A DNA stretch of 64,000 nucleotides from Octopus vulgaris (GCA_951406725.2 OX597815.1:20460001-20524000); one strand, 5' to 3'; shown: positions 39,490 to 54,153, counted from the stretch's first letter. The notes: generated from the letters alone by a model not told the origin. Numbers and translations are program-made.

Positions 39490-40207
39490 TTCCGTAAAGA
39501 CGGTGAAAATATTGTCAATTTCCCCAAACAGGGACACAATTCAATTTTAAAACAATAACCAAAGCCCCTTCTTCGAAAGGGGGAGGGTTACGATTTACAA
39601 TTATTTAACAAATGCAACACAACAACGTTTCCCTGACGAGGAACCAACAAACGTGATTACAATAGTCAAACAGTAATAATAATAACAACAAACCTTTTTA
39701 ATGTATCCCCATTTATGTGAAACCACTTATTCAAGTTCAAGTCATTGATGCAATTTTATACGAATTGCTAATACACACACACACATAATAAGGGTGAAAA
39801 ATTGAATACTAATTTGATTAATATGAATTGAAAACCAGTGGTGTAGCATATAAGACCACAACGGATCTTCTAGCAAAAAGGATGACCAGTATTAATTGCT
39901 CATCCCTTTTATATAAATACTTTCACTTTAATCGTTGCACACTTGCAAAGAGAAAGGAGGAGAAAGTGTAGTGGTAACGGTAGGAGTGAAGCACATGAAA
40001 TGAAAGAGGGAAATGGTAAAATATTTACTTTTCTCGAATTTTTGCTTAATTGGGGGTGAAATTGAAAAAACTTTACATGCCACGACCCGATGGAATCTAT
40101 TTGTAAAAATGATAGGTAAATTCCAATTGGAGAAATTCTATATTGTAGAATTGTATAAAAAACAAACGGTTTGGGAGGCAGATAAAATCTGCCTTTTATT
40201 ATAAGAC
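39490..40207 (+). mobile_element. Helitron-like repeat (family H3)
   Basis: 3' hairpin aggcagat-aaa-atctgcct followed by tttattataagact; internal blocks shared with 41085-41644. Confidence 0.5.
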
Positions 40208-40603
40208 TAGCAGTATCGCCCGGCGTTGCTCGGGTTTGTAAGGGAAATAACTATATAAGCATTTTTAGAGAGTTATAGCCAAAAAATAGCAAAAAAATGC
40301 ATTAAAAATGGAAAAGAAATTAAGGTAAATTTTTTTTAAATCGTTGACACATCGTAGATATTTTTAGAGAGTTACTTCCCTTATATAATAGCGAAAAAAT
40401 GCATTAAAATGGAAAAATATGATGGTAAATTTTTTAAAAATCGTCGACTCATTGTAGACGCATGCTAATACCCAGAAGGGCTCGATATGAATCACGACTA
40501 TAAGATACCCGGTTTTGGTTACACTGCACCGCAAAATGTGGGAGTAGTTAGGAATCTAAATCGTAGGAGACAGACACACAACTTCACTTTTATATATAAA
40601 GAT
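40206..40603 (+). mobile_element. Non-autonomous Helitron-like repeat (family H1) with internal duplication
   Basis: Homologous to 35587-35893; about 100-bp internal tandem repeat. Confidence 0.6.
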
Positions 40604-41084
40604 ATAAGCCACGTAGTTATATACACATACTTTGTTATATACACATTCTTAAAAGAAAATGTTATTTTGAACACAACATTTATAAAGAATAAAATATTTT
40701 TTGGTTTTTCTTTTAAACGGATGCATACATTTATTAATAACTATATATAAGTGTCGTCTGTTTATACATAAACACTGTTTCATACTGCAAGCTCGGCTCG
40801 CCAATTAATACTACCAAAATTTAACGACAGAAAGTAAAATAAAAACCAATTTACCTTTTCTGTATTGTTATAGCAATTCGACCGTCCGTGTGTCTTTGCA
40901 AATGTGTTCGAATGAGAAGTGAGTTGTGTTTTGGCGCCTTTTTTACTAATAACAAACACACACGTGTTTGTATGTAGTTGTTTGAAACGTTTGTGTTTGT
41001 CACTGTCATATATGTATGTGTATGCGTGTGTGTGAGGAATGACACACACACACTCACGCACGCACACATGTACATCAATGCTTT

Positions 41085-41644
41085 CGGAGTGAAATGTTAA
41101 AATATTGAGTTTTCTCGAATTTTGTCTTAATTGGGGGTAAAATTGAAAGAAATTTTGTATGGCATGACCCAATGGAAGTACTTTGAAAAATCATGGGTAA
41201 ACTCTAATTGAAGAAATTGTGCGAGGAGTAAATCGTTATGTATTTATTTGTTTCTGTTTGCTATGTTTTTTTTTTTAGTAGTGGTTTAAGGTACACTTCT
41301 CTCGTTTTATAGAAATAGTTTCACTTTAATCGTTGCAAACTTGCAAAGAGAAAGTCGTAGAAATTAGAGTGATAGCGTGAGTGAATCAGATCGCTCCCTT
41401 TTTGTGTGTGTGTGCGTGTGCTCTAGCCCACACTAAGAAAAGCACTTGACTTACACACCACAATGTGAGTTTTCTCTAAATTTTGCTTAATTGGGGTTGA
41501 AATTTTAAAAACTGGACCTGGCACGACCCGATGCATTCTACTCTTAAAAATGCTAGGTAAATTGTAATTGAAGAAATCCTATATTGTAGATTTCTATAAG
41601 AGACAAAGGGAGGCAGATAAAATCTGCCTTTTATAATAAGAGAT
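41085..41644 (+). mobile_element. Helitron-like repeat (family H3), 3' part
   Basis: Same 3' hairpin and terminus ttttataataagagat; the 5' boundary is uncertain. Confidence 0.5.
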
Positions 41645-41652
41645 AGGAGATA

Positions 41653-41710
<58 letters not shown>

Positions 41711-41759
41711 ATGCATGAGTATATATGTACGTATTTATGTATGTATGTATTACTCTTAC

Positions 41760-41974
41760 TCTCTTTTTACTCTTTTACTTGTTTCAGTCATTTGACTGTG
41801 GCCATGCTGGAGCACCGCCTTTAGTCGAGCAAATCGAACCCTAGTACTTATTCTTTGTAAGCCTAGTACTTATTCTGTCGGCCTCTTTTGCCGAACGGTT
41901 AGGTAAGGGTACGTAAACACACCAGCATCGGTTGTCAAGCGATGTTGGGTGGGGGGACAAATACAGGCACACAA

Positions 41975-42015
<41 letters not shown>

Positions 42016-42036
42016 TACACACACACACATATACAT

Positions 42037-42101
<65 letters not shown>

Positions 42102-42647
42102 AATACGACAGGCTTCTTTCAGTTTCGGTCTACCAAATCCACTCACAAGGTTTTGGTCGGCCCGAGGCTATAGTAGAAGGCACTTGCCCAAGGTGCCTCG
42201 CAGTGGGACTGAACCCGGAACCATGTGGTTCATAAGCAAGCTACTTACCACACAGCCACTCCTACGTATACTTTTATTCTTTTGTTCTTTTACTTGTTCA
42301 GGAATTTGACTGTGGCCGTAATGGGGCAGCACCTTTAGTAGAACAAATCGAACCCTATGACTTATTCTTCTATCGATTACTTTTGTCGAACTGCTAAGTT
42401 ACGGGGACATAAACACACTAACACCATTCGTTAAACGATGGTGGGGACACATACACAGACACACAAACATATACATATATATATACATATATCCGACAGA
42501 CCTTTTTCAGTTTCCGGCAACCAAATCCACTCACAAGGCTTTGGTCGGCCCAAGGCTTTAAACAGAAGACACTTGCGCAAGGTGCCACGCAGTAGGACTG
42601 AACGCGGCACCATATGGTTGGGAAGCAAGTTTCTTACCACACAGCCA
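41760..42647 (-). mobile_element. Two adjacent S2 SINEs (41760-42267 and 42275-42647)
   Basis: Both match the reverse complement of S2. Confidence 0.8.
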
Positions 42648-42745
42648 TTTATATAATAAATATATATTACTCTTTTACTCTTTTACTTGTTTCAGTCATT
42701 TGACTGCGGCCTCTGTGTGTGTGTGTATACATACACACGGATACG

Positions 42746-42832
<87 letters not shown>

Positions 42833-43001
42833 GTATGTATATATATATATGTATATATATATGTATATATATGTATATATATGTGTATATATGTATATAT
42901 ATGTGTGTGTACATAAATATATATATGTATATATATATATATATAAATATTTGTATATATATATATATATATATTATATATATTGTATTTAATATATATA
43001 G

Positions 43002-43042
<41 letters not shown>

Positions 43043-43647
43043 ATATAATATATATAGTAAGAGAGAGGGAGGAAGAGACCATACTCACATTCCACACACC
43101 AACACACCCTCTGTCCGTAATGATACTATCAAAATATAACCTTATTAAAACTAAAATTGCTTTTTCAGTAAAAAGAAAAAACAAACAAACCCCACCAAAA
43201 CTATATTGAAATAATGAAACAGCAGGCGACAGAGGTGTGTGTAGCTGTGTTGGGGTGGGTGTTAACATGTAGAGGAGAGAGGTATAGCAGTGATCCTGGG
43301 TCTAACATTTCCTCGAGTAAAGAGGGTGGAGAGAGAAGTCTATTTTATTGCCGCATCTGATAAAAATGTCAAAGAAGCAAGACAAGAAACAGAAGCTATA
43401 TGAATTGCTAGATGGATAAAATTCGGTGGATAACGGGAAAATATTTTTTGATATTCTAGGGAAAAAAAAACAAAAATAAAAACCCAAAACAAATAAAACC
43501 AAACAAACAAAAATATGAAGCTTCGATCAGTCATCTTAATATAGATTGATTAGTAAGGAGTTGATAATGTTAATGAGTCAAATGGTATTTTAATTTTCTT
43601 TGTTAGTTGATTAGTTAATAACATACGCTTTTTTTTATAGACATAAA

Positions 43648-44150
43648 ATGGTGGTGGTAGTGGTGGTGGTGGTGGTGGTGGTGGTGGTGGTGGTGGTGGT
43701 GGTGGTCGCAATGGATTTATGGTAGTGGAAGCGATGATGGTGGTAATGGTAAGTGTGTGGTGTCGCGGTGATAGCGGCGGTGGCGGCAATGGTGGTGGTG
43801 ATGGCGGTGGTGAGAGTAGTGGCGGTGATAATGGTCGCGATGGGCTGATGGTGGTGGTAAAGATGATGATGATGATGTTGGGCTGGTGGTGGTGAGGGTG
43901 GTGATTGTGAAGATGGTGGTGGTGGTGATGGTGGTGGTGGTGATGGTGGTGGTGGTGGTGGTGGTGGTGATGGTGGTGGTGGTGATGTTATGGTCGCGAT
44001 AGGCTGATGGTGGTGGTGGTGGTAAAGATGATGGTAAAGATGATGTTGGGCTGGTGGTGGTGAGCGTGGTGATAGTGACGATGATGATGGTGGTGGTGGT
44101 GAAGTTGGTGAAGTTGGTGGAGGTGATAGTGAAGTCGGTAGTGATGGTGG
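43648..44150. repeat. (GGT)n/(GAT)n low-complexity tract
   Basis: Seen directly in sequence. Confidence 0.9.
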
Positions 44151-44154
44151 CTAC

Positions 44155-44568
44155 GGCGGCGAGCTGGCAGAAACGTTAGCACGCCGGGCGAAATGCGCAG
44201 CCGTATTTCGTCTGCGTTACGTTGTGAGTTCAAATTCCGCCGAGGTCGACTTTGCCTTTCATCCTTTCGGGGTCGATAAATTAAGTATCAGTTACGCACT
44301 GGGGTCGATGTAATCGACTTAATACCTATGTCTGTCTTTGTTTGTCCCCTCTGTGTTTAGCCCCTTGTGGGTAATAAAGAAATAGGTATTTTGTCTGCCG
44401 TTACGTTCTGGGTTCAAATTCTGCCGAGGTCGACTTTGCCTTTCATCCTTTCGGGGTCGATAAATTAAGTACCAGTTACGCACTGGGGTCGATATAATCG
44501 ACTTAATCCGTTTGCCTGTCCTTGTTTGTCCCTCTGTGTTTAGCCCCTTGTGGGTAGTAAAGAAATAG
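44155..44568 (+). mobile_element. Meta-like SINE S1 with tandem 3' duplication
   Basis: Head, core and tail followed by a second core and tail. Confidence 0.85.
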
Positions 44569-44846
44569 GTAGTGATGGTGGCTAGGGTGGTGATGTTGCA
44601 GAGGTACAGGTGGTAGTGGTGGCGGTAGCAGTATTATTAATTGTAGTGGTGTTCGTAGTGGTGGTGTGGTTCTGGTAGAGGTGATAGTAGTGGTGGTGAG
44701 TGTAGCAATGTTGAATGTAGTGGTGAGGCTGCTGGTTAAGGGGGATGCTGGTGGTGATAACTGTGGTGGTGGTGGTATTGGTGGAAATGGTGGTTGTTGA
44801 GGCGGTGGTGTTGGTGGTGGTGATGATGAAATATCGCAAAGATATA

Positions 44847-45229
44847 TGCGCAGGAGTGGCTGTGTGGTAAGTAGCTTGCTTACCAACCACATGGTTCCGG
44901 GTTCAGTCCCACTGCGTGGCACCTTGGACATGTGTCTTCTACTATAGCCTCAGGCCGACCAAAGCTTTGTGAGTGGATTTGGTAGGCGGAAACTGAAAGA
45001 AGCCAGTCGTATATATGTATATGTGTATATATGTGTGTGTTTGTGTGTCTGTGTTTGTCCCCCCGCAACATCGCTTGATAACCAATGCTGGTGTGTTTAC
45101 GTCCCCGTAAAAGAGACCTATAGAATAAGTACTAGGCTCACAAAGAATAAGTCCTGGGGTCGAGTTCCTCGACTAAAGGTGGTGCTCCAGCATGGCCGCA
45201 GTCCAATGACTGAAACAAGTAAAAGAGTA
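44847..45229 (+). mobile_element. SINE family S2
   Basis: Matches the S2 consensus. Confidence 0.85.
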
Positions 45230-45392
45230 TACATACGCGCGCGCACACACACACACACACACATATAGATAGCTAGATAGACATAGGCAATTAGATAAAT
45301 AGACAGAGAAACAGATAGTTAAATAAATAAACGGACGAGTAGCTAGATAGTCAGACAAACAGTTAGACTGACTGACTGATAGATAGATAGAC

Positions 45393-45605
<213 letters not shown>

Positions 45606-47005
45606 TGTTTCTTTATTAGCCACACAGGGCTGCACACAGATAGAACAAATTACAAGGTAGAGCTTTTCTTTTGAAGGTTTAAAAAAAAAAAAAAAAGGAA
45701 GGGGGAGTTTCGATCAAAAGGGATCGTAAAAGGAGAGAAAGAGGACAAAAAAAAAGGGGGTTAAAAAAAAGGGGAGAGGAAAAAAAAAAAATTGATCAAT
45801 AGGGATCGTTATCACAGAAATGTCAATATGAAGTGTAAAGGGGAGGACAGGTGAGGTTTACCCGTGGAAAGAAAAGCCTACGGAAAAGACCACGGTAACC
45901 TCGGTCAATGGAGTCACATGTTATATTTCTTTTTTTTTTTTTTTTTTTTGCAAATAAGTAACTCTCTGTTTTCAATTTCTGGGTTCATAGGATCATGCTC
46001 AAGGTGGCTTCGTCATTCATACGTGCCATTCTTGCTACATTCACCCATCTTTTTTTAAAACATTCGCTAGACAAAACTTGCCTCTCTACTCTCACTTTCC
46101 TTTTCAAGTGGTACTTGAAGAAGTTGATGAGAGATTGACCAGAGAGGAAAGTGTTTGTCTCCAATCCTTTCAGACGCGTCCACCAGATACATTCTTTCGC
46201 CATAGCCACAAGGATGATGAAAATAGCTCTTCCTTCCCGTTTGAAGGAGGGAGGCGTGACAATATTAACGATAGACTCAGCTGATAAACCGACTCGTCCC
46301 ACACGTGACAGCAGTTGTTCGACACAAGCCCACAGGTCGGAAATTGTTGGACACTGCACGAGTGCGTGCAGAACGGTTTCGTCGCTCTGACCGCATCTCG
46401 GGCAGGTCGGCCCCGTGTTTCTCGAGCCGTGTCTGTAGAGCTTATCCCGAACGGGTAGCGCTTCTCGGTAGCACTGCCAGGCCAGGGATCTCTGGAAGTT
46501 GTCCATGGGCCCTGGCCCGAAAGTCGTCCTGAACAGGCGGGTCAGGTACTCCTCGTCGACGTCCAGGCTCGCCCCGAGCTCGTCGTCGTACCTCCCCTCC
46601 ACTAAACCCCTATAGAATGCTTTGGTTGTGTTGAAGTCACTCAAGGTCGACCCAGGATGGCAGAGTTGCTTGAGAGCAACGCGACACTCGCGGTGCCATT
46701 CGCCCTTCTTCGGCCTCTTTTTGATCCACGACTGCAGTTCGGTCATGGAGACGAGCTGCGGGAAAGCGTGCCTCACAAACGGCGACCACACCTGTTCACC
46801 GTCGTCTACATAGAGCCAGAGATGTCGCAGTCTCAGCGCGTGTCTGCGCATCATCAACCACGGCATGCCCAGCCCTCCTTTTAACGGGTGTTGACAGCAA
46901 ATGGATCGCCTGACCATCGGGACGCATCCTTTCCACAAGAAGCGAAAGAGAATGCGTTGTAGTTTGGTGATGGTAGGGTCGGGACAAGGCACGACGGTCA
47001 GGCGG

Positions 47006-47007
<2 letters not shown>
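45606..47007 (-). mobile_element. 5'-truncated Tx1/L1-clade LINE inserted in (GATA)n
   Basis: Open ORF2 C-terminus, about 380-bp 3' UTR ending gctaataaagaaaca(tatc)n; (GATA)n on both sides. Confidence 0.88.
45985..47007 (-). pseudogene. LINE ORF2 C-terminal part (post-RT region and zf-RVT zinc finger), uninterrupted
   Basis: YRLTVVPCP...LFRFLWKG...GGLGMP...CPRCGQSDETVLHALVQCP. Confidence 0.85.
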
Positions 47008-47060
<53 letters not shown>

Positions 47061-47099
47061 GTAGATAGATAGATAGATAGACGGATAGATAGATAGATA

Positions 47100-47195
47100 A
47101 CTTTCTTTATTGGCCACACAGGGCAGAGCACAGAGGGCACAAATACAAATGTAGAGCTTTTCTTTTCGAAAATGAAAAAGAAAGAGGAAAAATAG
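47100..47195 (-). mobile_element. Second, diverged 3' end of the same Tx1-like family
   Basis: aaaagaaaagctctac...gccctgtgtggccaataaagaaag(tatc)n matches the terminus at 45606-45672. Confidence 0.75.
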
Positions 47196-47212
47196 ATAGC
47201 TATATATATATT

Positions 47213-47550
47213 GGCGCGCATGGCTCAGTGGTTAGAGCGTCGAGCTTACGATCGTGAGGTTGTGAGCTCGAATCCCGGACCGGGCTGCGTGTTGTGTTCT
47301 TGAGCAAGACACTTTATTTCACGTTGCTCCAGTTCACTCAGCTGTAGAAATGAGTTGCGACGTCACAGGTGTCAAGCTGTATCGACCTTTGTCTTTCCCT
47401 TGGATAACACTGGTGGCGTGGAGAGGGGAGGCCGGTATGCATGGGCGACTACTGGTCTTCCATAAAACAACCTTGCCCAGACTTGTGCCTCAGAGGGTAA
47501 CTCTCTAGGTGCAAACCCATGGTCACTCATGACCGAAGGGGGTCTTTACC

Positions 47551-47555
<5 letters not shown>
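47213..47555 (+). mobile_element. CORE-like tRNA-derived SINE
   Basis: tggctcagtgg, gagctcgaatcc, gtgttcttgagcaagacacttt; tail differs from the 13598 copy. Confidence 0.8.
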
Positions 47556-47603
<48 letters not shown>

Positions 47604-47609
<6 letters not shown>

Positions 47610-47965
47610 AAGAATGGAGCTGAACGACGAATTAACAAAATTCCTTTATTTTCGACATATGTTTCGAAGGCTGCATATTCCTAATTGCGAAGGAATAAGG
47701 AGTACATTATGCCGCTTTCTCATCAGGAAAAGCAAGGAACTTATGTCAGCATCAAAATGCACAAAAAACTTTTAGATCATTGCTCACACGGAGCCCATAG
47801 CGATAATGAGTGTCTCTTTAAAATATTCCTTTATAAGGAGTGACGTCAAAATGATTGGATGTGGAAGATTCTAGAAGGTTCTAAAGGTTCAAGGGCAGCC
47901 TTCGAAACATATGTCGAAAATAAAGGAATTTTGTTAATTCGTCGTACAGCTCCATTCTTTCATAT
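47604..47965. mobile_element. Short non-coding PLE-like element with inverted ends (47604-47674 and 47896-47965)
   Basis: About 70-bp inverted repeat; the right arm starts inside the HHR; (TA)n flank. Confidence 0.75.
47649..47731 (-). ncRNA. Type I hammerhead ribozyme, canonical core, GUC site
   Basis: ttttc-CTGATGA-gaaagcggcata...tatgcagccttc-GAAA-catatg-TC-gaaaa; extended stem II and palindromic stem III. Confidence 0.85.
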
Positions 47966-48122
47966 ATCAATATTTTAAAAATAAACATACAAATTTCCAC
48001 ACGAAAGCATGTAATATATGCCCTAGGCACGTAACTTCAACCGTGTTTTTTCAGATGTGAATTTGCTACCCAGGTATCGGTTAATTCAAATTATCCTTAA
48101 TAAGATAATTCATTCAACTACT

Positions 48123-48160
<38 letters not shown>

Positions 48161-48795
48161 TAGATAGAACCATAGGTTGGGAAGAGTCAAAATTGATGAG
48201 CTGTCTCTTAAGGTCTTTTATCTTATTTCTGTTTTATTAAATAGATGCAAGGATCGTTCAATAAGACTCGACTTGCTGGAAATAGCAACCAAATTACCTC
48301 AAATCATACGTCTAGCGTCGTTAAAAACAGAAGGGCATATTATTAGTCTCCTGTAGTCTTATGTGTATATACAAAAAGGTTGGATTATCTGTCTGGAGCT
48401 CCTTTAATCCATGAGTAGATATATCTGCTAAACAACAATGAGGAGACTGAGGGGTGCTAGAAATATCAACCAAATAGCCCGCAAATCACGTACACTACTT
48501 ATGCAGGACGATACTATATTATGAGAGATAAACTATATCTTAAATGACAGGATGGTCACGGTTGGAATACATTTTATCATAGGTCTGCTGGATGATGACT
48601 AACCTGGGGCTGAACGACAAACAAATATTTGATTATTGCTATCTGTCGATTCCCTTTTTTTCCATCCACCAAGACCCACTCGTTTTTATTTTAATCTGTT
48701 TGTTTTATTTAAAAAATTTTTAATGGCCGCATTTTGGTTCTCTCCTCTCCCAAAATATCGTCCCACTATACTGACACAGTATACACATGTTTGTT

Positions 48796-48842
<47 letters not shown>

Positions 48843-49337
48843 TCACACATTTATATATATATATATATATATATTATATATGTATATCACAAGGGGAGCT
48901 ATTATCTCTGCTCTATCTTATCGCCTCATTGTCTGCTCTCTTCCCAACTCATCACTATCGCCGGCTTCATCAGCATTTGCTAATTATCATCCTCAATGTC
49001 TCTATCTATCGCCCGTCTTTCCCTCTTCTTTCTCTTCTGCTTTTTTTTTTCCCTGACAATTTTTAATTGACATTTTAAAAAATTCTTTACTTGGGAAATA
49101 TTTTTACATGATACCACTTTCTGTATTACTAAAGCTAAACGACTTAATATTACCACTAGACACACATACACACACACGCATACATACCTACATACACACA
49201 CACACACACATGCATACATACATACATACATACATACATACATACATACATACATACATACATACACAACACGCATACATACTTATAAACAAGTATACAT
49301 AATACATACATACATGCATACAAGCATACATAATACA

Positions 49338-49371
<34 letters not shown>

Positions 49372-49989
49372 CATGCAAACAAGCATACATATTACATACA
49401 AGAATACATACACACAAACATACATATACACATACAAGCAGACACACATACACACATACATGAATACACATACATATATACAGATAGACAGACAGACAAG
49501 CATACATAATACATACAAGCCTACATACGGAGAAGCACACATACATACATACACACATACATACATACCTACATACATTAATACATACATACATACATAC
49601 ATACATACATACATACATACATACAAAAATACATACATACATACATACATACATACATTAATACATACATACATAAATACATACATACATACATACATAC
49701 ATACATACATACATACATACATACATACATACATACATGTGTACATACATACATATGTTTTACATACATCATTATTTCTGTGTGTTTTTTTAAAATATCT
49801 ATTAAAAATCTATTCTTCTCATTGAATTTTATTTATGTCTTCCAGTTTTCTTGTATTTTGTTGTTGCCTTTTTAAAAAAAATTATTATATCACCCGTCAT
49901 CAAGGTTTTCTCTCTCACATATAACAGTTTTCTCCTTTTCTCAGAAGCAGACGTTTTATAAAACAACGACAACGTTGGTGAAGACGGCG

Positions 49990-50031
49990 ACGACGATGAT
50001 GATGATGATAACAGTTATGATGATGATGATA

Positions 50032-50089
<58 letters not shown>

Positions 50090-50103
50090 TGATGATGATG
50101 ATG

Positions 50104-50143
<40 letters not shown>

Positions 50144-50145
50144 TG

Positions 50146-50210
<65 letters not shown>

Positions 50211-50217
50211 GATGATG

Positions 50218-50284
<67 letters not shown>

Positions 50285-50306
50285 TAATAATAATAATAAT
50301 AATAAT

Positions 50307-50376
<70 letters not shown>

Positions 50377-50390
50377 GCAGCAACAACAAC
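49990..50390. repeat. (AAT)n/(GAT)n microsatellite
   Basis: Seen directly in sequence. Confidence 0.95.
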
Positions 50391-50670
50391 AATTTTTTCT
50401 CCCATTTTCTATCAATCTAATTCAACGAAAATTATGCTCTGAAATTATAATTATTTTTTAATAATTACTATGTTTTATTTCTCTTCTTTCTCCTTTTATT
50501 TATTTTTTTTTGTATATTTTCGCCACAATAATAATCACAATTATTCTCCTCTCATATTTTTACTCCCGAATGCAATCACAAAAAGATTAAAAAAAAAATT
50601 GATAAATAATAAAAAAATGAATGATAAAACTTATAACCATATGTGTTTACAAATTGGTCTGCAGCCACGC

Positions 50671-50721
<51 letters not shown>

Positions 50722-50784
50722 GTTTGTGTGTTTGTGTGTGTGTGTGTATGTGTGTGTGTATACATACATACATACATACATACA

Positions 50785-50820
<36 letters not shown>

Positions 50821-50907
50821 TATACATACATTTATATATATACATATACATGTACATATACATATATATATACAAACATACATACACACATATATATGTA
50901 TATGAAG

Positions 50908-50938
<31 letters not shown>

Positions 50939-51134
50939 TTTATTCTTTTATTCTTTTACTTGTTTCGGTCATTTGACTGCGGCCATGCTGGAGCACCGTC
51001 TTTAGTCGAACAAGTCGATCCCACAGACATGCATATTATATATACATATTGCATATGTATATATGCATATTACATATATATACATATGATATATATATAC
51101 ACATATGATATATGTATATATATATATGTATATG

Positions 51135-51200
<66 letters not shown>

Positions 51201-51271
51201 CACAATATATATCTATATACTACATATATATGTATATACGTTCATATGTACATAAATTTATATACATATTA

Positions 51272-51327
<56 letters not shown>

Positions 51328-51804
51328 GTATTTATGCTGTACTATGCACATAGATACACACACACACACATACACATGTGTGAGCGCATAGATATACGTA
51401 TATATCAAGAAATATATGCATATGTATACGAAAACGCAAACGCATACACACAGATATGTACATATACATACGAATACACAAATGCATCCGTTTATAAACG
51501 TGCGCGCGCACACACACACACACACATACAGAAACATAGTTGCATACATACATACATATACACAGGTACAAATGCTCACACACAAGCGAAAATATACGGT
51601 TACATGTACTCACCCGCACATACACATACGCAAACTTAGAGACACTCACGTATAAAATTGTATACGCGTATACTCACGTACTCAGATATACGCACATATG
51701 CACAAATAAACATATGTACAGAAATATACACACACATACACAAACAAGCGTAAGTATACATATACACACACATGAACACAAATACACATACATACAGAAA
51801 TTAT

Positions 51805-51980
51805 ACGCGTAGGAGTGGCTGTGTGGTAAGTAGCTTGCTTACCAACCACATGGTTCCGGGTTCAGTCCCACTGCGTGGCACCTTGGGCAAGTGTCTTCTA
51901 CTATAGCCTCGGGCCGACCAAAGCCTTGTGAGTGGATTTGGTAGACAGTTCAGAGACTGAAAGAAGCCCGTCGTATAAAT

Positions 51981-52027
<47 letters not shown>

Positions 52028-52077
52028 CATGCATACATACATACATATATACATACATACATACATACATACATACA

Positions 52078-52113
<36 letters not shown>

Positions 52114-52138
52114 TGTATACATACATACATATACATAC

Positions 52139-52170
<32 letters not shown>

Positions 52171-52418
52171 GCATGTATGTATGTATGTATGTATATCTGT
52201 GTGTGTCTGTGTCTGTCCCCCTCAACATCGTTTGAGAACCGATGCTGGTGTGTTTACGTCCCCGTAACTTAGTGGTTCGGCAAAAAGAGCCCGATAGAAT
52301 AAGTTCTAGGCTTACAAAGAATAATTCTTAGGGTCGCTTTGCTCGACTAAAGGCGGTGCTCCAGCATGGCCACAGTCAAATGACTGAAACAAGTAAAAGA
52401 GTAAAAGAGTAAAAGAAT
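51805..52418 (+). mobile_element. SINE family S2 with an expanded internal microsatellite
   Basis: S2 halves separated by about 230 bp of (CA)/(CATA)/(TA) repeats. Confidence 0.85.
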
Positions 52419-53049
52419 AAATATACACACACATACACAAACAGACATAAGTATACATATACACACATGAACACAAATACACATACATACAGAAATATAC
52501 TCTCAAATATACACAAATTCACATACGCACGCAAATACACTGATATACATACGCACACAAATATACGTACACATATACACAAATACACATACACACGCAC
52601 ACATATACATATACTAAAATATGTATACGCTCACAACTATACACACATATAAACAAATACACATCCTTACACAAATATACTCATACGTACTCAAATACAC
52701 TTACGTACACCGATATACAAATATATACATATTCGTACACAATATAAGCACACACATACACAAACGCACATATGTACACAAATATACATATGCACATACA
52801 CAAATACATATACGCTCGCAAACACACACGTACATGTACGCATACGTACAGAAATACATATACGTGCACAAATGCACACACATTGCAGAAATACACGAAC
52901 GCACACAAACACACACACACACACACACACACAAATACACACACATTGCAGAAATACACGAACGCACACAAACACACACACACACACACGTACACACAGA
53001 AATACACACGCATTGCACACACACAGACACACACACACAGACAGACACA

Positions 53050-53123
<74 letters not shown>

Positions 53124-53269
53124 TACACACACATTGCACACACAGAGACACACAGACACACAGACACACAGACACACTCACACATCACACACACACAATA
53201 CACATACATTGCACACACACAGACACACACACATTCACACACACTCTCACACACACACACAGACACACA

Positions 53270-53306
<37 letters not shown>

Positions 53307-53415
53307 ACACACACACACACACATGCACACAGACATACACACACACGCACACTCACACATACACTCACACACACACAGACACACAGACACACACACACAA
53401 ACACGCACTCACACA

Positions 53416-53459
<44 letters not shown>

Positions 53460-53731
53460 ACATCTGTTCGCGCAGAACAATATAATATAGGCGTTGACAC
53501 ACGGCAAATACAAAAGAAAATAATACCAGACGACCAGGGGGAAGAGGAGGAAAGAGAAATCAATATCGCCTCCTCCTTCCCTCCCTCCCTCCCTCCCTCC
53601 CTCCACTCTCTCTCTTTCTCTTTCTTTCTACTACCCCCTACTCCCATCACCATCATCCTCCGCCTCCCGTTCTTCTGTCTCTCACTTTCTTCCATCCTCC
53701 CACTCTCTCTAGGAATGCGTGTGTCTGTGCA

Positions 53732-53771
<40 letters not shown>

Positions 53772-54032
53772 AAGACTATGTAACAACGGAGATGAGATGT
53801 GTCTTAGGCTATTTCACCGTTGTCTTAATTTCCAGCTTCCTAATCAAATATATTTCGGCAAACTTATCGACTGCAACCGCGAAGGAGATATAATTCCATC
53901 TCCGAACGACAGCGTTTTGGCCATTGCTCCACCTATGACGTCACACTCTCAAAGCACTGTCCTCTCTCTGTTTTTTTCTCTCTCTCTGTCTCTCTATCTC
54001 TCTCTCTCTATCTCTGTCTTTCTGTCTCTATT

Positions 54033-54079
<47 letters not shown>

Positions 54080-54153
54080 GCGCACTCGTTCTCTTTTTTT
54101 ATTTTTTCCCACCACTTTACATGAGGCGTCCTGACGATTTAACACCGAATCAA

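Noticed and set aside
47213-47290. tRNA-like sequences at SINE heads (also 31245-31317 and 13598-13670)
   Set aside because: No complete acceptor stem, and they run directly into SINE bodies
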